Positions 10,796-23,439 are shown, counted from the first letter of the stretch. The stretch: DNA of 64,000 nt from Eukaryota sp. TZLM1-RC (GCA_040285825.1 JAUPSS010000004.1:4431784-4495783), one strand, 5' to 3'. Made by a program: numbers and translations. The notes: generated by a model from the sequence alone, not told the origin.

Positions 10796-11952
10796 CTCCG
10801 TGGGAGGGATGGCTTCTGGGTCCTCTGGAATGACTTGTGTATCCCCCTATATCTAGCATAAGGATTGTGCTGGCGGGAAGCACCATGATGAATACTCGAG
10901 CTAGCGTAGGAGTTAGTTTGAGAAGGGGTGTGTTTAGCAAGTGTAGAGGATGTTCCTCTTCTAGCCTGTAACTCTCTTTCCAGTCTGTTCTTGAGTTTCC
11001 AGATTCGATCTTCATGGAAGTAACGTTCTAAATATTTTTTAGAAACCTCACCAGTTTCTCTATCAATTTCAGGAACATGTTCCGTGGGAGGAACCGGAGG
11101 TTGAGCTGTGTGAGAAAATTCCCTGGGAGGTTCCTCATAGTCAACCAGATCTGAAAATAATAGTTCATACCTCTTCCTTTGCTCTTCGGAAAGATGCGAA
11201 GGAAAATTTGGTGTGCTAGGAGTGGAATCTCTAGCCTGGGGAGGGGAAACGGACAGATTGTTAACTCCTCTTACTGTTGATGTAGTAAGAGGAGATCCTG
11301 AAGTTGGGACAGCAGGATTTTGAATAGTTCTCCTAACAGTTGGAACTGCAGGGAGAAGCTGTTGAGAGTGAGAGGGTGGAACCTCAGAACTGGATGGAAG
11401 GGATGAAGATGGTACTTCAATGGCCTTCTTAGAGGAGGAAGAGGGTTGGTCTTCCAATCCTTCCTTTGCGGTGAGAGATGGTTGAACAGTCTCTCTGCTC
11501 TGAGTAGAAGGTGAAGGTGGTACTTCAGAACTTCTTCCAGGGAGGGGAGAAGGTGGGACTTCAGATGCCCCCAATTGCGAAGGGGGAAGAGGAGCAACGG
11601 AATCCTCTACGTCCTCGTCGTCGTAGGAGACCAACGAAGGACTTCTTCCTTCCGAAGGAACGGAATCCTTGGGAGGGTTGTCTCCTTCCACAGGAACAGA
11701 ATCCTGAGGAGGGGAGCTTCCTTCCATGGGTACGGAATCCTCTGGAAGGGAATTGTCTTCCTTTGGGGTGGAACCCTCAGGGAGAGTTGCTTCAGGAAGC
11801 GCAGAAGCTTCAACCGAAGAAGGAGGCACGGAAGCAGGGTCTGTGGTTAGTGGTGAGGAAGAGGGACCAGTCTCTTCCTCAAGGATCCTACGTTGAGCCG
11901 GGGACGACCCAATACGTATTGATGGTCTTGGCTGTTGGTTATTGTCTGACAT
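10792..11952 (-). CDS. Gypsy ORF1, Pro/Ser-rich low-complexity protein with 12-aa repeats
   Basis: 386-aa ORF whose ATG lies inside the 5' LTR; repeats DSVPxEGxxPP; its stop overlaps the next ATG (ATGA). Confidence 0.7.
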   Translation of the reverse strand: MSDNNQQPRPSIRIGSSPAQRRILEEETGPSSSPLTTDPASVPPSSVEASALPEATLPEGSTPKEDNSLPEDSVPMEGSSPPQDSVPVEGDNPPKDSVPSEGRSPSLVSYDDEDVEDSVAPLPPSQLGASEVPPSPLPGRSSEVPPSPSTQSRETVQPSLTAKEGLEDQPSSSSKKAIEVPSSSLPSSSEVPPSHSQQLLPAVPTVRRTIQNPAVPTSGSPLTTSTVRGVNNLSVSPPQARDSTPSTPNFPSHLSEEQRKRYELLFSDLVDYEEPPREFSHTAQPPVPPTEHVPEIDRETGEVSKKYLERYFHEDRIWKLKNRLERELQARRGTSSTLAKHTPSQTNSYASSSIHHGASRQHNPYARYRGIHKSFQRTQKPSLPRR

Positions 11953-12073
11953 ACAATGTGGAGTAACAGAAGTGTAATTTATTACGAAGAGGAATTGTAT
12001 TCTCTCTTCTTAAGCTAACAGGCGGAATACTAATAACTAAACTATTAACTATAAATACTATTCAAGACTAACA
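11920..12073 (-). repeat. 5' LTR (154 bp)
   Basis: Direct repeat of 5858..6011. Confidence 0.93.
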
Positions 12074-13640
12074 ATCTACAACATTGAGAACACCATCCAT
12101 CCCTGGAGCTACTAAATCTTCCCTTCTTTTACCAAAGGAATCATCAGTTTGATCTGAAGACAACTTACGTACTGATGGCTCAATAAATGCCTCTATATTG
12201 AAACTTTTGCACATGGCATATAATTGATCACGAACTGAGTTATGAACAATTGAGCGATAAGTTGTAAAATACTTACAGTTTAAAATATGGGAAAGCGTAA
12301 CAACACTTTTACAGCGACAAATTAAATCATTTGGTAAAGAACAAGGCTTTAGAAAACTTCTCATTCTCATTGCAGTGGTCCATTGGTGATCATTAAGTAG
12401 AAGGCCATAAATGTTGGGAATTTGGGAGATTAGGCAACTTGAGCAACTTTCTTCAACATCAATCAAAAAGTTTGCAAAAACGGGATTTTTTTCTTTAGCC
12501 AAGCTAAGACGTGCAATATAATCCAAGTTTTCTAAAACTTTCAAGATTCTTTTCTGCAATTTTGCAAAAGTCAGTGGTAAGGAGAGCAAGCTTCTTGGAG
12601 GAAGTTCCACAATATCAAAGGGGAAACATTTAGACCAAATATTGGGTGAAAGAGTTTCAATTTCCTGTTGCAAAGAAATAAGATAAGAGCTGCCGCAATT
12701 TTCAATGAGATCAATTTTTTCAGGAAAACGATTCACAAATTCATAAATAAAATTGTTACCACCTTCAATAAAGGCAGCTTGATTTATGAAAATCAACACC
12801 AAAATTTGTACCACAAAAAATGTTGCTTCGTCACTGAGATGCATCAATTTCCAATAATTTTGCTAAAAAATTGGTTCTTTGTTCATTAAAAATGCGACAA
12901 AACTCCAAAGAAATTGATGGTGATGTTGATCTCAAAATATGAGTAAATTTTCCAGAATAACAAATTTTTAGGAAAAAGAATTTCAAATGTTTCTCAATAT
13001 TTAAATTTTCTGTTGATTCTAATTCATTTCCAAATTGGGTCAACAGAGTCAAAAGTTGGCCTTTGACTTCTTCAATATTTTCGAGATAACAACCCAAAAA
13101 ACGAAAACCAGACTGATCATAATTGATAAAGGGGACATTGACATCATTAATGAAAAAATCAATTGGTTCATGGCCAATAATCAAACATTTGGAGATATTC
13201 AATGAGAGACCAATATCTTCATAACGCTGTTGAATAAAAGTTGCTATTTGTTTCAGAATTGTAATAGGAGCAATTACAGAAATGTCATCCATATATGCTA
13301 CAATATCTATTTCTGGGAATTTTTCTTTTAATTCGCACATTAATGGATGAGTTGCCAGACAAAAGAAAAAAGGACCAAATGGGTCGCCTTGTTTAACACC
13401 TGAAGACGAAAGCAGGTCAAAGTTTTCATAGACCAATGTGGATGATTTTCCATAAAATGAATAGAAAAAAGGCTCAACTTCAGGTAAATGCTTTCGTAGC
13501 AAAGGTAAAATGGAAGAACGAGATACAGATATGAAAGCATTCTTAAAATCTAAATTGAAGATGTAATTAGAATCACTAGAATTAAAAAACACATCAGACG
13601 AAAGAGCAGCAGATGAAGCACCATCAATTGAAGGATATTT
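12074..13640 (-). mobile_element. CRE-like non-LTR retrotransposon (family D), RT + zinc finger + RLE, frameshifted
   Basis: LDFKNAF, GVKQGDPFGP, YMDD, CRCK...HILNC, HNSVRD, EP...RREDLV. Confidence 0.85.
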
Positions 13641-13769
13641 GTTTCTTTGATTTTAGGGAGCATCCCGGATTTCATCAATAATGGGTTCTCTGCCCAATAT
13701 TTCATCGATATCTTATTGTATCTATCATAGTACTGACATACACTGTAATGCTATCTTTACTTTATTGCT

Positions 13770-14120
13770 TCTGTGGACATCTACGAACAGTATGGCCCAC
13801 TTGTCTCCAACGACAACATCGACCGGCTTTCTTGCTTGCAGTATAGTTCATTTTCTCGTCCGCAACAGTGCTCTGTTGATCATCATAGCTATGAAGCTCT
13901 GTTTTGGAAGTACAAGAAAAGTTTAGGCGTTTGGTATTAGATTGTGTTACAGTATATCTCCTTATCTGTCTTTATGGAGTACACATGGATGAAAGCAGCT
14001 GTATTGAGGTGGTTGTGTCCCACAACGTCTCCAACTTTCAGTTCCAATGTACCGGAGTAGTACGCATTTGCCAATGCAGAGAGGTTGTTTTTATGTCGAT
14101 TGATGCATTACGGGATATTA
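13770..14120 (-). pseudogene. Possible decayed transposase C-terminus (zinc-knuckle-like RCCRWRQVGHTVRRCP)
   Basis: Manual minus-strand translation resembles the C-terminal knuckle of Mutator transposases; many stops. Confidence 0.3.
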
Positions 14121-14184
14121 TAATTTAATTTGATGAAATACGGTGTTTTTCCTTGATTTTATGTAATTTTAAAACTACAATCTA

Positions 14185-14560
14185 TTAAAATATATTTATT
14201 GAACTTGCACACTTAATTAAACTACAATCTAAAAATCAAAATCTTCAAAAAAGAATTTTGAATTTCAATTTTGGGCCGATTGTCTTTAAATTTAGTTTAC
14301 ACAAAACTTCGATCACTTCAGTAAATTCTAGGTGTTGTCAATGGCTGGAATTCTAAATGTAGAGTGTTCAAGTTATATCCATATGTGTTGCGTAGAGCAT
14401 TGAAATGATGAGTACACCGAATTGTATTGTGTAGACTTTGTTACAACTTTGGAACACTTGTAGTTTTGTCAAGTTCCTTTTTATTAAAAGGCTTTTACTA
14501 TTGGCCCATTCTCGTTCCGTGTTTTCAAAAACAATCGAATTGAGTGAGGGGCTTGTCAAT
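14185..14560 (-). mobile_element. Decayed 3' end of a CRE-like non-LTR element
   Basis: Ends FEDFDF* followed by the same TTAAGTGTGCAAGTTCAATAAATAT-type 3' UTR seen at ~36385 and ~52110. Confidence 0.5.
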
Positions 14561-14600
14561 AATTGAGATAAAATAAAGTTGATATCCTCATCTTACCCTC

Positions 14601-17518
14601 ATGTCTGTCGCATTACTCTCTTATCTTGATGAAACAGAACCCGAACTACATCTTTCATGCTTACAAGCCTTACAAAACTTGATCAGCACTCATTGGTCGG
14701 AAATAGCCGATCGTTTACCTCAAATGTATGTTGAGCAACTCTCAGGTTTGTTGATTTCAGTGAATCACTTGCTGAACAAGCCGACTTCCCTGGTAAAAGC
14801 CTCGCTGCCCTTACAGCCTCCAAAATTCACTACGAACTAGGGTCATACCAGGACGCTGTTTCATACGCCCTACTTGCCGGTGATCTTTTCGATCCCCAAG
14901 CTGAAGACCTCTTCACCAGGACGATCCTTTCTGAATGTATTCAACAATGGATAGATCAATGTCATAAAGGAGTGGATGAAGGGACCCTCCAAAGTGGCGA
15001 CGAACTTGATCTCCCTCCCCGCCACCGAGAAGTTATCTACTCTGTGTTTGATGCTTCTCTCTCCAACCCCAACGACCTTCTTTCTCTCAAGAATGCTCTA
15101 GGCACGGCCATTGCTGCGAGGTCATTAAACCTCATGGAGAAGATTCTAGAATGTGTTACCCTTGAAAATCGGCAAATATTACTAGACTACATTCATTCTC
15201 TACTCGAATTCATTCGCAATATTGAATTTAGAGAAAAAATCCTCAGAATTCTTGCCGACCATCACGTGACCAGTATTGCTGATTCCCCAAACTCTTTTGC
15301 TTTCATTTCAGCTTCCAGATGCGCGATGACCCTGGGGGATGCTTCACTAATGTCAGTGGTGTTGTCGTTATCTGCTGGGTTTGACATCAATCTAACCTAT
15401 CAAATCTCAATTGACATTGCTGAAACTGCAACCTTTTCCTTTATTTCCTTGTTAATCAATGACGTGGAGGATGACGTGATACGGTCAATATTATCATTCA
15501 TCCCTATCTGTCGCAACAGATTACGTTTCCTTCACGGTCGGTGTTCTGCTGATCTAGACTTACTCAGAGCTATTCGGGATTCATTTGAACCCAAAACTTC
15601 CATTCTCATGACAGGTGCTTTGGTTGCTAATGCGTTTATGTACTCGGGAACCACCCTGGATACCTTCCTTCGAATGAATCTTCCTTGGATGGGTGGTGCC
15701 ACGTTTTATGCAAAGTTTACGGCATCAGCCACCCTTGGAGCCATTCACCATGGACATCGGGATAAAGGAAGGAATGTTCTAACAAGGTTTTTGCCCCCTG
15801 ATGAAGCATTTACTTCTCGACTAAGCGACCCTTACTCCCTAGGTGGAGGTTGTCTAGGGCTAGGTCTCGTTTATTCCGCAAAGGGAGCAGGAAGCAGAGA
15901 AGTGGTGAATTACCTTCGAACAGTTCTTGCCCAGGCAACTTCATTAACTGATGACCTCTCCTACCATGAACCCTTTATCCACGGTGCCTCTCTAGGGTTA
16001 GGGCTTGCTTCCATGGGAGTTGGTGATTCCATTGCTGATCCTTCCACTACGGCGGAGAGCGTGGAGTTGTTGAAGGCGGTGTTGTTTAATGATTTAACTA
16101 TCGCTTCTGAATCTTCTGCTATTGCTTTAGGTTTGTTGTCAGTTGGTTTGGTAGACCAAGCAAAAGAATTGGTGGAATTACTTACCACCATTGCACAGGA
16201 TTCGAAAAAGCCCAGAGTATCAAGGGGATGTGTACTAGGTCTTGCTTTAATGTCATTGGCCTGTGAAGAGAGAGCTGCTGCGGTGTATGATGCTCTTCTT
16301 TCTTCTACTGATGCTGTTGTTCGTTACGGTGGTGTTTATGCTTTGGGCTTGGCATTTGCTGGTACGGGTAGCCCTTTTGCTCTTCAGAAGCTACTATCTC
16401 TGGCCAGTACTGACACGTCTGATGATGTGAAGAGATCAGCAATCATCATGATTGGTTACGTCATGATTAAGAAACCTAAAGAAGTCACATCACTAGTGAA
16501 CCTTTCTTCCCGATCACACAATCCCCATTTAAGATATGGAGCAGCAATGGCTGTTGGGTTGTCTAATGCAGGTACAGCTGACGGAGAGGCCATGAAAATG
16601 TTACACACATTATCAAAAGACACAGAGGACTTTGTTCGACAAGGAGCTTTTATCGCTTTTGGTTTGGTTATGCAGGGGACTTCTGTAGGTACTACTCCCA
16701 GAAATGGCATTATTAGAAAGGAAATATTAGAAATTCTTGGTTCAAAATTTGAAGACAACTTGGTTAAATTTGGTGGTATGGTGGGTTTAGGATTGCTGGA
16801 CTTTGGAGGTCGAAATTCATACGTTTCATTGGTATCTCCTTCAAATTCTGGTATTTTTTCTAATAATTTGTTAATTCAGAATGTGGTAGGATCCGTCCTT
16901 TTCCTTCAATATTGGTTTTGGTCACCATATTCCCTTTGCATTTCTCTATCAGCCGTTCCTTCAGGTTTCATTGGAGTAGTTGGTAATAGTAACCTTGAAA
17001 TTCCCAAGTTTGATTTGATTTGCAAAGCCAAACCTTCATCCTTTGCTTATCCACCTAATTATAAGCCTCCTGAGAAGAAAAAAGTATCAAAGGCAGCTAG
17101 TGCTGTATTATCAGTAAGTACTAAGGAAGTAGCAAGACAAACAAGACTGGCAAAGGAAAGACAGCGTGAACGAATGGAGGAAGGTCTACCAGTTAGTGTC
17201 AGCAAAGCAAAGGAGAGGGCTATGGAGAAGGAAGAAGCTGAAAAGGTTAAACCAGTCGAACCTGAACCTGAGGAATTTGAAGTAGAGAACCCTGGCAGAG
17301 TGGTACTGAAGCAAACAGGATGTATTGATGTTCCAGAGTCTTGTAGATTTAAGCCAATTTTAACTGAGAAAAAGATTGGTCACGTGATTTTGATTGATTC
17401 TCAGCCTGATGAAAGTTTCGAGCAAGCTTCTTTTACAAAAGAAGAAGAAAAGAAAAAGGATGAGAACCAAGAGGAGAATGCAGGACAGTTGCAAACTCCT
17501 CAAGCAATGAGATCATAG
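14601..17518 (+). CDS. RPN2: 26S proteasome regulatory subunit Rpn2/PSMD1; join(14601..14725,14761..17518)
   Basis: HWSEIAD, AALTASKIHYELG, DTFLRMNLPW, KFTASATLGAIHHGH, PC repeats (HNPHLRYGAAMAVG), FAYPP, VLSVSTK, ENPGRV; 35-nt GTATGT...TCAG intron. Confidence 0.95.
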
Positions 17519-17757
17519 GTTTTTGTTATCAATGTTTATAAGAAGACAATAAATGATTTGTGAATGTTGAGTCGTTTTTTAAGGGTTCTATAAGCTCGAA
17601 TATAAATTTATTGTTTTAACTTGTTCAACTTTTATCAGTTGATCAAAAATTAATAAAAAGATCTCCTTCATAGCCAATTTAAAACGCAAACAATGTTCAA
17701 ATTTATGTCTTCTAAGCAAAACAAGTTGAACTCCAATGAATCCAATGAAATTCTGAT

Positions 17758-19819
17758 GGGACAACACCAAAATCCACACGTACCACAATTTTTAATCAAA
17801 ATCCACAAACATTTCTCAAAGTAATTTTCACAATCCACATCATCCAGAACCTGTGATGAAAATCCACATATGACGTGACCCAAATCTTTTCAAGTTGGTT
17901 GATCAAAATCATCTTTATTGAACACCTCTATTCAACTGCTTCTTATGAAACAATAAACTATTGATTAGGACAACCTCTTTTGTTATGGTTTACTTCTCCA
18001 CATAAACCACACTTATAAATGCGTTTCTGAGCTGGCTCTAATGAAGTTTGAGATCTTCTGGGCTTACTTCCTGATTTTTTCTCTCTTGCATTCCTCATAC
18101 GAACTTTCTTGGGTCTGCCCACTCTCGGCTTGGCAATTGGAGGTCCGCTAACATTTACTTCCGGTGCTCTTTCATCAGATTCAACGTTACTCTCCAACGT
18201 AACATCATCAACAGATAATATTCTCCCTCGTAGGCACGTAAATACCATAAAGAAGAGTGCTGTGGTGCACAGTATTCAATTCCTCTTGAACCGTTCCTTG
18301 TCAAAAACATCAGCAAGTGAGCACATGGAATTCCTTCTTTCCCATCACAGCAACTACAACTCTTTTCCTCAATATCAACGTTGAACACTCTACCACTGTA
18401 TATGACCTCAAACTCATCGTCATCAACTTCAATAGATCTTAAGTCACGCAACAACATCAACCTCTCCTCAAGATTCTTAACAGCTCTTGGAACTAAAGGG
18501 AATTCAATCATTGCTCTTGCTTCTTTTCGTCTTGATACAAACCATCTTCCAAGCATTGCTCTGATACTATCAAACATTTGAACAATAGGTTGTTCTCTGG
18601 CTTCGTTGATAGCAGCATTGAGTGATTCCACGACGTTACTTGTGGTATGTCCCCACCTGTTTCCAGGAAAAATACACTCGACCCAATGTTGAGGATCTGC
18701 CGTCTTCTCGATATATTCCGCTGCCGTCTGTGAGACAATCGCCATTTCTTTTAGAATATCGTTGTAGTCATTGAGATTTTTTACTTTTGCTAGTCGAAAA
18801 ATAAAGGGCCTAGCTTTTTTTGATCCTTTACCTGTTGCATTATCAGCAAGATGTTTTACACAGAATGCATGAGGACATCCAGGAAGTACAGCCTCCACTG
18901 CATTGATCAGACCTTTTTGCCGATCAGAAATGATTGAAGTACATGAGATAACAAATATGTTGCGAAGATGATCTAGAACCCACGACCAAGTTGCTGTATT
19001 TTCAGTATCAACAACTCCAAACGCTAGAGGGAATGTCTGTCCATTTGCGTCAATTGTTGCAGCTGCCAAGATTGTTCCAAGATACTGATTTTTGATGAAA
19101 CAGCCGTCCAACTCGATCACAGGTTTACAATATTGCTGACCAGTAATGGATGCTGAAGACGCCAAAAAGCAACGACTAAAACGATCATCATCACCTGCTT
19201 CAACAAAAGCCACAGTTCCTGGCATTTTCTGTTTCAAACGTTCGAACTAACGAGGTAGTAGGCTGAAGGACTTCTCCTTGTCTCCATATAACAACATTTG
19301 TGCTTCTTTTACCACTCTAGAACATGCGTTATGATTGATTGGCATGTCAGACATCCTTTCCATTCTAGTTGGAGATACTGGTCCACAACGTCTGAAATCC
19401 TCTTTCAACATAAGAGCCACAATTTTCGCAGGAACGTGATTTTTTGATTGTGCTTGACAAGGTGTGTTGTGCTCCACGAACTTCGTAACAATCCAAACAT
19501 CGCAATCAAGAGACGTAGCAATAAAACGAAAGGGACACTTCTCATCATCACACTTGATTTCCCAGCGGGTCTTGTTGTTATTTTGAGCAGGAGAGAACTC
19601 TTTGTTGATTTCAATACCATATTGATGCAGAGTTGTTATCATTTTGTCACGAGATTCGAAAGTATCGTTCACTGAGATGGATATAGGTTCAGAAGCTTTA
19701 AGTTTATTAAGATTAAGAGCAATAGTCATTTTTGTGGTTTTTGATGAAAAAGATGGGACTAATGTTGCTGTGGATTTTGATGGAAATTGATTTAATCATG
19801 TGGATTTTGGTGTTTTCCC
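17758..19819 (-). mobile_element. Mutator-like (MULE/MuDR) DNA transposon, 2062 bp
   Basis: Imperfect ~50-bp TIRs starting GGGA(C/A)AACACCAAAATCCACA; perfect 9-bp TSD AATTCTGAT (17749-17757, 19820-19828). Confidence 0.93.
17958..19729 (-). pseudogene. MuDR transposase (one in-frame TAG at 19247, one frameshift near 18230)
   Basis: N-terminal C..C..H domain, IELDGCF, ISDRQKGL, HAFCVKHL, TSNVVESLN, SWIM (CSC...IPCAH), C-terminal CGLCGEVNHNKRGC. Confidence 0.9.
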
Positions 19820-20370
19820 AATTCTGATTGTACAAAACCTAACATCGAGCAATTAGAGCTATCAGTTGTTGATTCATTAGTCGTTGTGTGTACTGTAGTA
19901 GAAGTAGCCAACATTAGAATAACGTAAGAAAATTTCATGATGACGTAATATTGATCATTATACAAATGAATGACTAATTTTAAAGAGACGAACCACGAGC
20001 AACCAACAGGTAACGACTGCTGGCATTGTCGTGTGTAGAATAAACTTGTTTTGCTTATTGTTGTACAATACTAAAGTACAAGGTACAATTAAAGTCACAA
20101 TTTGAAAGAGGTTAAAGAAACAATTTATAATACATTGTTGTGTAGAGACATTTCGTTGGGACTTAAGTTTTGTGGAACTTCTACCACTTAATCACGTATG
20201 TTTTGCCGCAAATTGTTGTAATCTTGTACCAAAGAAACATAGGTTGAGTTAAAATCGGTGTTAATGTTATAAAAAAATTCTTTACCTTGGCTTTCATCAA
20301 TGCCTATGAAGATGCAATGATGGATCCAATATATTGAAATTGAAACAGATTTCAACAACTAAATCATTTA

Positions 20371-21033
20371 TTAATCTTTCTTTTCTGTTCTTTTCTTTCT
20401 TTTCAACAAAAACCTAGACAATTCAGTACTTGTATTAGCCAATACAAACAACAAAGACATGCCAGTGCTCTTTTGATTACAAAACTCAAAGACAACATCA
20501 TTCACATACACAAAGGCAATAACAATGTTAAAAAAGGATGAAATGGAAATTGATGAATGATTTTGGATTGGATTTACACCATGTAGTCTTGATAGTAAGC
20601 CTGTCATCAACGAGGCACCATTGGCGTTGATCCAGCCGACAACTGCAATACTGAAGAAGGGAAGGTTGAGTTCTTTACCCAATTGAATACCAGAAAGAAG
20701 GGAATCATGAGAAAATTTCATGGAGACGGACGCAACCAAAGTGAATAAAAAGGACTGGTAGAATTTCTGAGCAACAGAAGGAAAAAGGGAAAACCCTAAA
20801 AGAAACACAAAATGAACTGGAATGGTGTAGTTGCTGAGCATAAATGCGACTGGTTGACCTAGTAGGAGCGAAACAATAAAGGAGCCTCCAAATCCAATGA
20901 GCAATGTGATGATGAGAGTTTGAATAAGGTTGTTGATGCAACCTACTCTTGTAGTATTTTGATTACACAAGAAATGTGAGATCGACCTTGAAGAAATAGC
21001 AGCATTGCTGATGATAGGAAGAGCTTTGATCAT
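20371..21033 (-). CDS. TRIC/TMEM38-like multi-pass membrane protein
   Basis: About 6-7 hydrophobic segments; GFGGSFIVSLLLGQP and GWINANGASL resemble the two TRIC repeat motifs; ends in KKD. Confidence 0.6.
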   Translation of the reverse strand: MIKALPIISNAAISSRSISHFLCNQNTTRVGCINNLIQTLIITLLIGFGGSFIVSLLLGQPVAFMLSNYTIPVHFVFLLGFSLFPSVAQKFYQSFLFTLVASVSMKFSHDSLLSGIQLGKELNLPFFSIAVVGWINANGASLMTGLLSRLHGVNPIQNHSSISISSFFNIVIAFVYVNDVVFEFCNQKSTGMSLLFVLANTSTELSRFLLKRKKRTEKKD

Positions 21034-21159
21034 TGTAACAGATGATGTCTATAACAATGGAATAAGTGTCCTTTTCACTGCAATGTAAAAAGACTGAGTT
21101 TTTTAGAAGTAAAAGATACCCTTTTCTTCATTTTTTCAAAATTTAGTTTGCCTTAAAAA

Positions 21160-23230
21160 CACCCCTCCAACTGAATTATTAGCTGCTCGTTTGATTGCCT
21201 TGGTATAACCTGGAAATGGTAAAAAACCTGATAGAATTCGTCCAATTGCAATTGGTGAATCAATTACTTGTCCCTTTGCATCAATTGTTGTCAATCGTGT
21301 TGCTTTAAAGGCTGCAAATTTTTTTAGCTCCTTTTCACTTTGGCATTAAAACAATTGATGGTACATCAGTTGCTGCATTGACTTCTGATTTATTTTTTAA
21401 GTCTATTAATCAAAATTATATATTTAATTTGGATTTTAAAAATGCCTTCAAATCTGTACACCGAAGTGCATTTTATGTTGTTATTCAAAAAGAATTTCCA
21501 GAATCATATGGTTATTTTTATTTATTTTATGGCAAAGCCAGTGAACTAATTTATGAATCTTATACTCTATTCTCATCTTCTGGAGTTAAGCAAGGTGACC
21601 CTTTTGTGCCATTACTGTTCTGTTTAGCAATTCACAAGTCTTTAATTCATTACAGTATACTTTATCCAATAGTAGGATACATGGATGATATTTCAATTAT
21701 TGGTCAATTGAATGTTTTGAATGAAATTGACGCTGAAACTTCACTTTTTTACAAAAAGATTGATCTTTTGCTAAATCCCGACAAATGTCTTCTTATAGGA
21801 AATGTAAAAAATAGTTTAAATGGTGATGCTGTTGAAATTCCTTTCGTAAATTATTCCTCAGATGCTTTTCCTTTCCTTGGTTGTTGGCTTGGAAATGTTC
21901 CCAAAATTACTGATGAATTAAATAATCTTTTATTCAAATTGGGCTCTGAACTAGATACAATTTATTCATTTGAAATCGTGGAACATAATCAGTTTTTTAT
22001 CTCAAGAATTTGTTTCTCCGGTAAAATTGGTCACATTTCAAGAACAACTTCTCCAAATATTTCACGTGAATTTTGCCGCTCCTTTAACTACTTAAAAACA
22101 AAATCTTTTGCCTCTTTGATTGATGTCAATCCTGAATTAATTCGAAGCCATGTATTTTCATCATCTAATTTTGGTGGAATTAATTTCACTCAATCGTCTA
22201 TTCTCGGTCAGGCTGCTTTCTTTGGTGGAGGGAAAGATTTCGTTTTTGAATTTTGCAACAGTCTTCCAAACGATGTTGATTTATTGAATTCTACAAGCAA
22301 TAATTATTTAAGAGACCTCGAAATCTTGATTTTTTGCCTCCAGAAATTTAGAGTAAGTGCTTCCCCAATAATGTACACGAAATTTCACCTAGAACACTAG
22401 TTAATTTGAGCGATTGTGTTAAAAACTTACAACAAAAATTAACAATAATATTTGAAGGCTTGGATTTTAATGTTCGTCTTGGCTCGGCCGAAAAAAATAA
22501 TCCCGATATCTCAAATTTTTTGTTAGATGCTCAAAATAGTTCTTCTTCTTGTTTAATTTCTCAAATTTCTCAAAATTATGGTCTTCTTTTAGATGATACC
22601 ATATTTTCTTGTACAATGCGCCAATGTTTTATTTGGCCCAATAACGTGTTTCATAATCTGATTTGCAAGTGTGATTCAAAATTTTCTCCAAATCATCAGT
22701 TTAATTGTAAAGACTTTATTACTTTTCGATCAAAAGTTTATATAACACTGATGTGTGTAATAATTTTTTCATACCATTAGCTCAGTCAAAACACAAGAAT
22801 GCGCTGTCTGTTGCCGAAAATACAAAAATTGATAAATATGAAGCAAATAATCTAATATAGAATAATATTATTGAATGTAGAGCAAGGTTGTTATCGTTGA
22901 ATGCTGAATCTCACACTCATTATGTCCTTTGTCCATTTGCATTTTCCCTTCATGGCACGGTTGGATTACTTGCTCTATCTTTTTTGGATGATTTTGTTGA
23001 AATTGTAGGACAAAAGCACAGGAAAAATTGTTTGATAAAACGTTTTGCAGAACAGAATAGTGAATAGTATTTTCAATTTTTCAAGGCATTGTCCCCTTAT
23101 TGTCTTCTGATATATTATCTGTTGGTCGCTTTTATGAATGAAAAACTTTCAGTCAATTCTTTCTGGCTGATTTGGGATATAAAGGTTTAGATTTTTAATT
23201 TTGTTGTTTAGTTTCTTGGTGGAATAAATT
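21160..23230 (+). mobile_element. Decayed CRE-like non-LTR retrotransposon, family A
   Basis: RIRPIAIGES, LDFKNAF, GVKQGDP, YMDD, CKC...H.FNC; multiple frameshifts and stops. Confidence 0.85.
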
Positions 23231-23439
23231 TTCAATTTTTAAATGATATCTTCGTCTTTGAACCTTCATTAACCTTGACTCTCTGTAGGTATACCGGTTT
23301 ATCTCCACGTTTCACATGTGCTTCCATCACTGCCAGCCTATTCAGTGAAGCATTTTGATCGCATGATTTGCACACTGTAAGCCCGTGACGAATAGTCATC
23401 TCATTTCTCTTCCATGACTTGGATTTTTTTTCGGCGTTG

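Larger units (their letters stand above)
5858..12073 (-). mobile_element. Full-length Ty3/Gypsy LTR retrotransposon (chromodomain-type integrase), 6216 bp
   Basis: 154-bp TG...CA LTRs with one visible mismatch; TSD ATCT (5854-5857 / 12074-12077); PPT GAGAGGAAAAGG before the 3' LTR; domain order gag-PR-RT-RH-IN. Confidence 0.95.
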
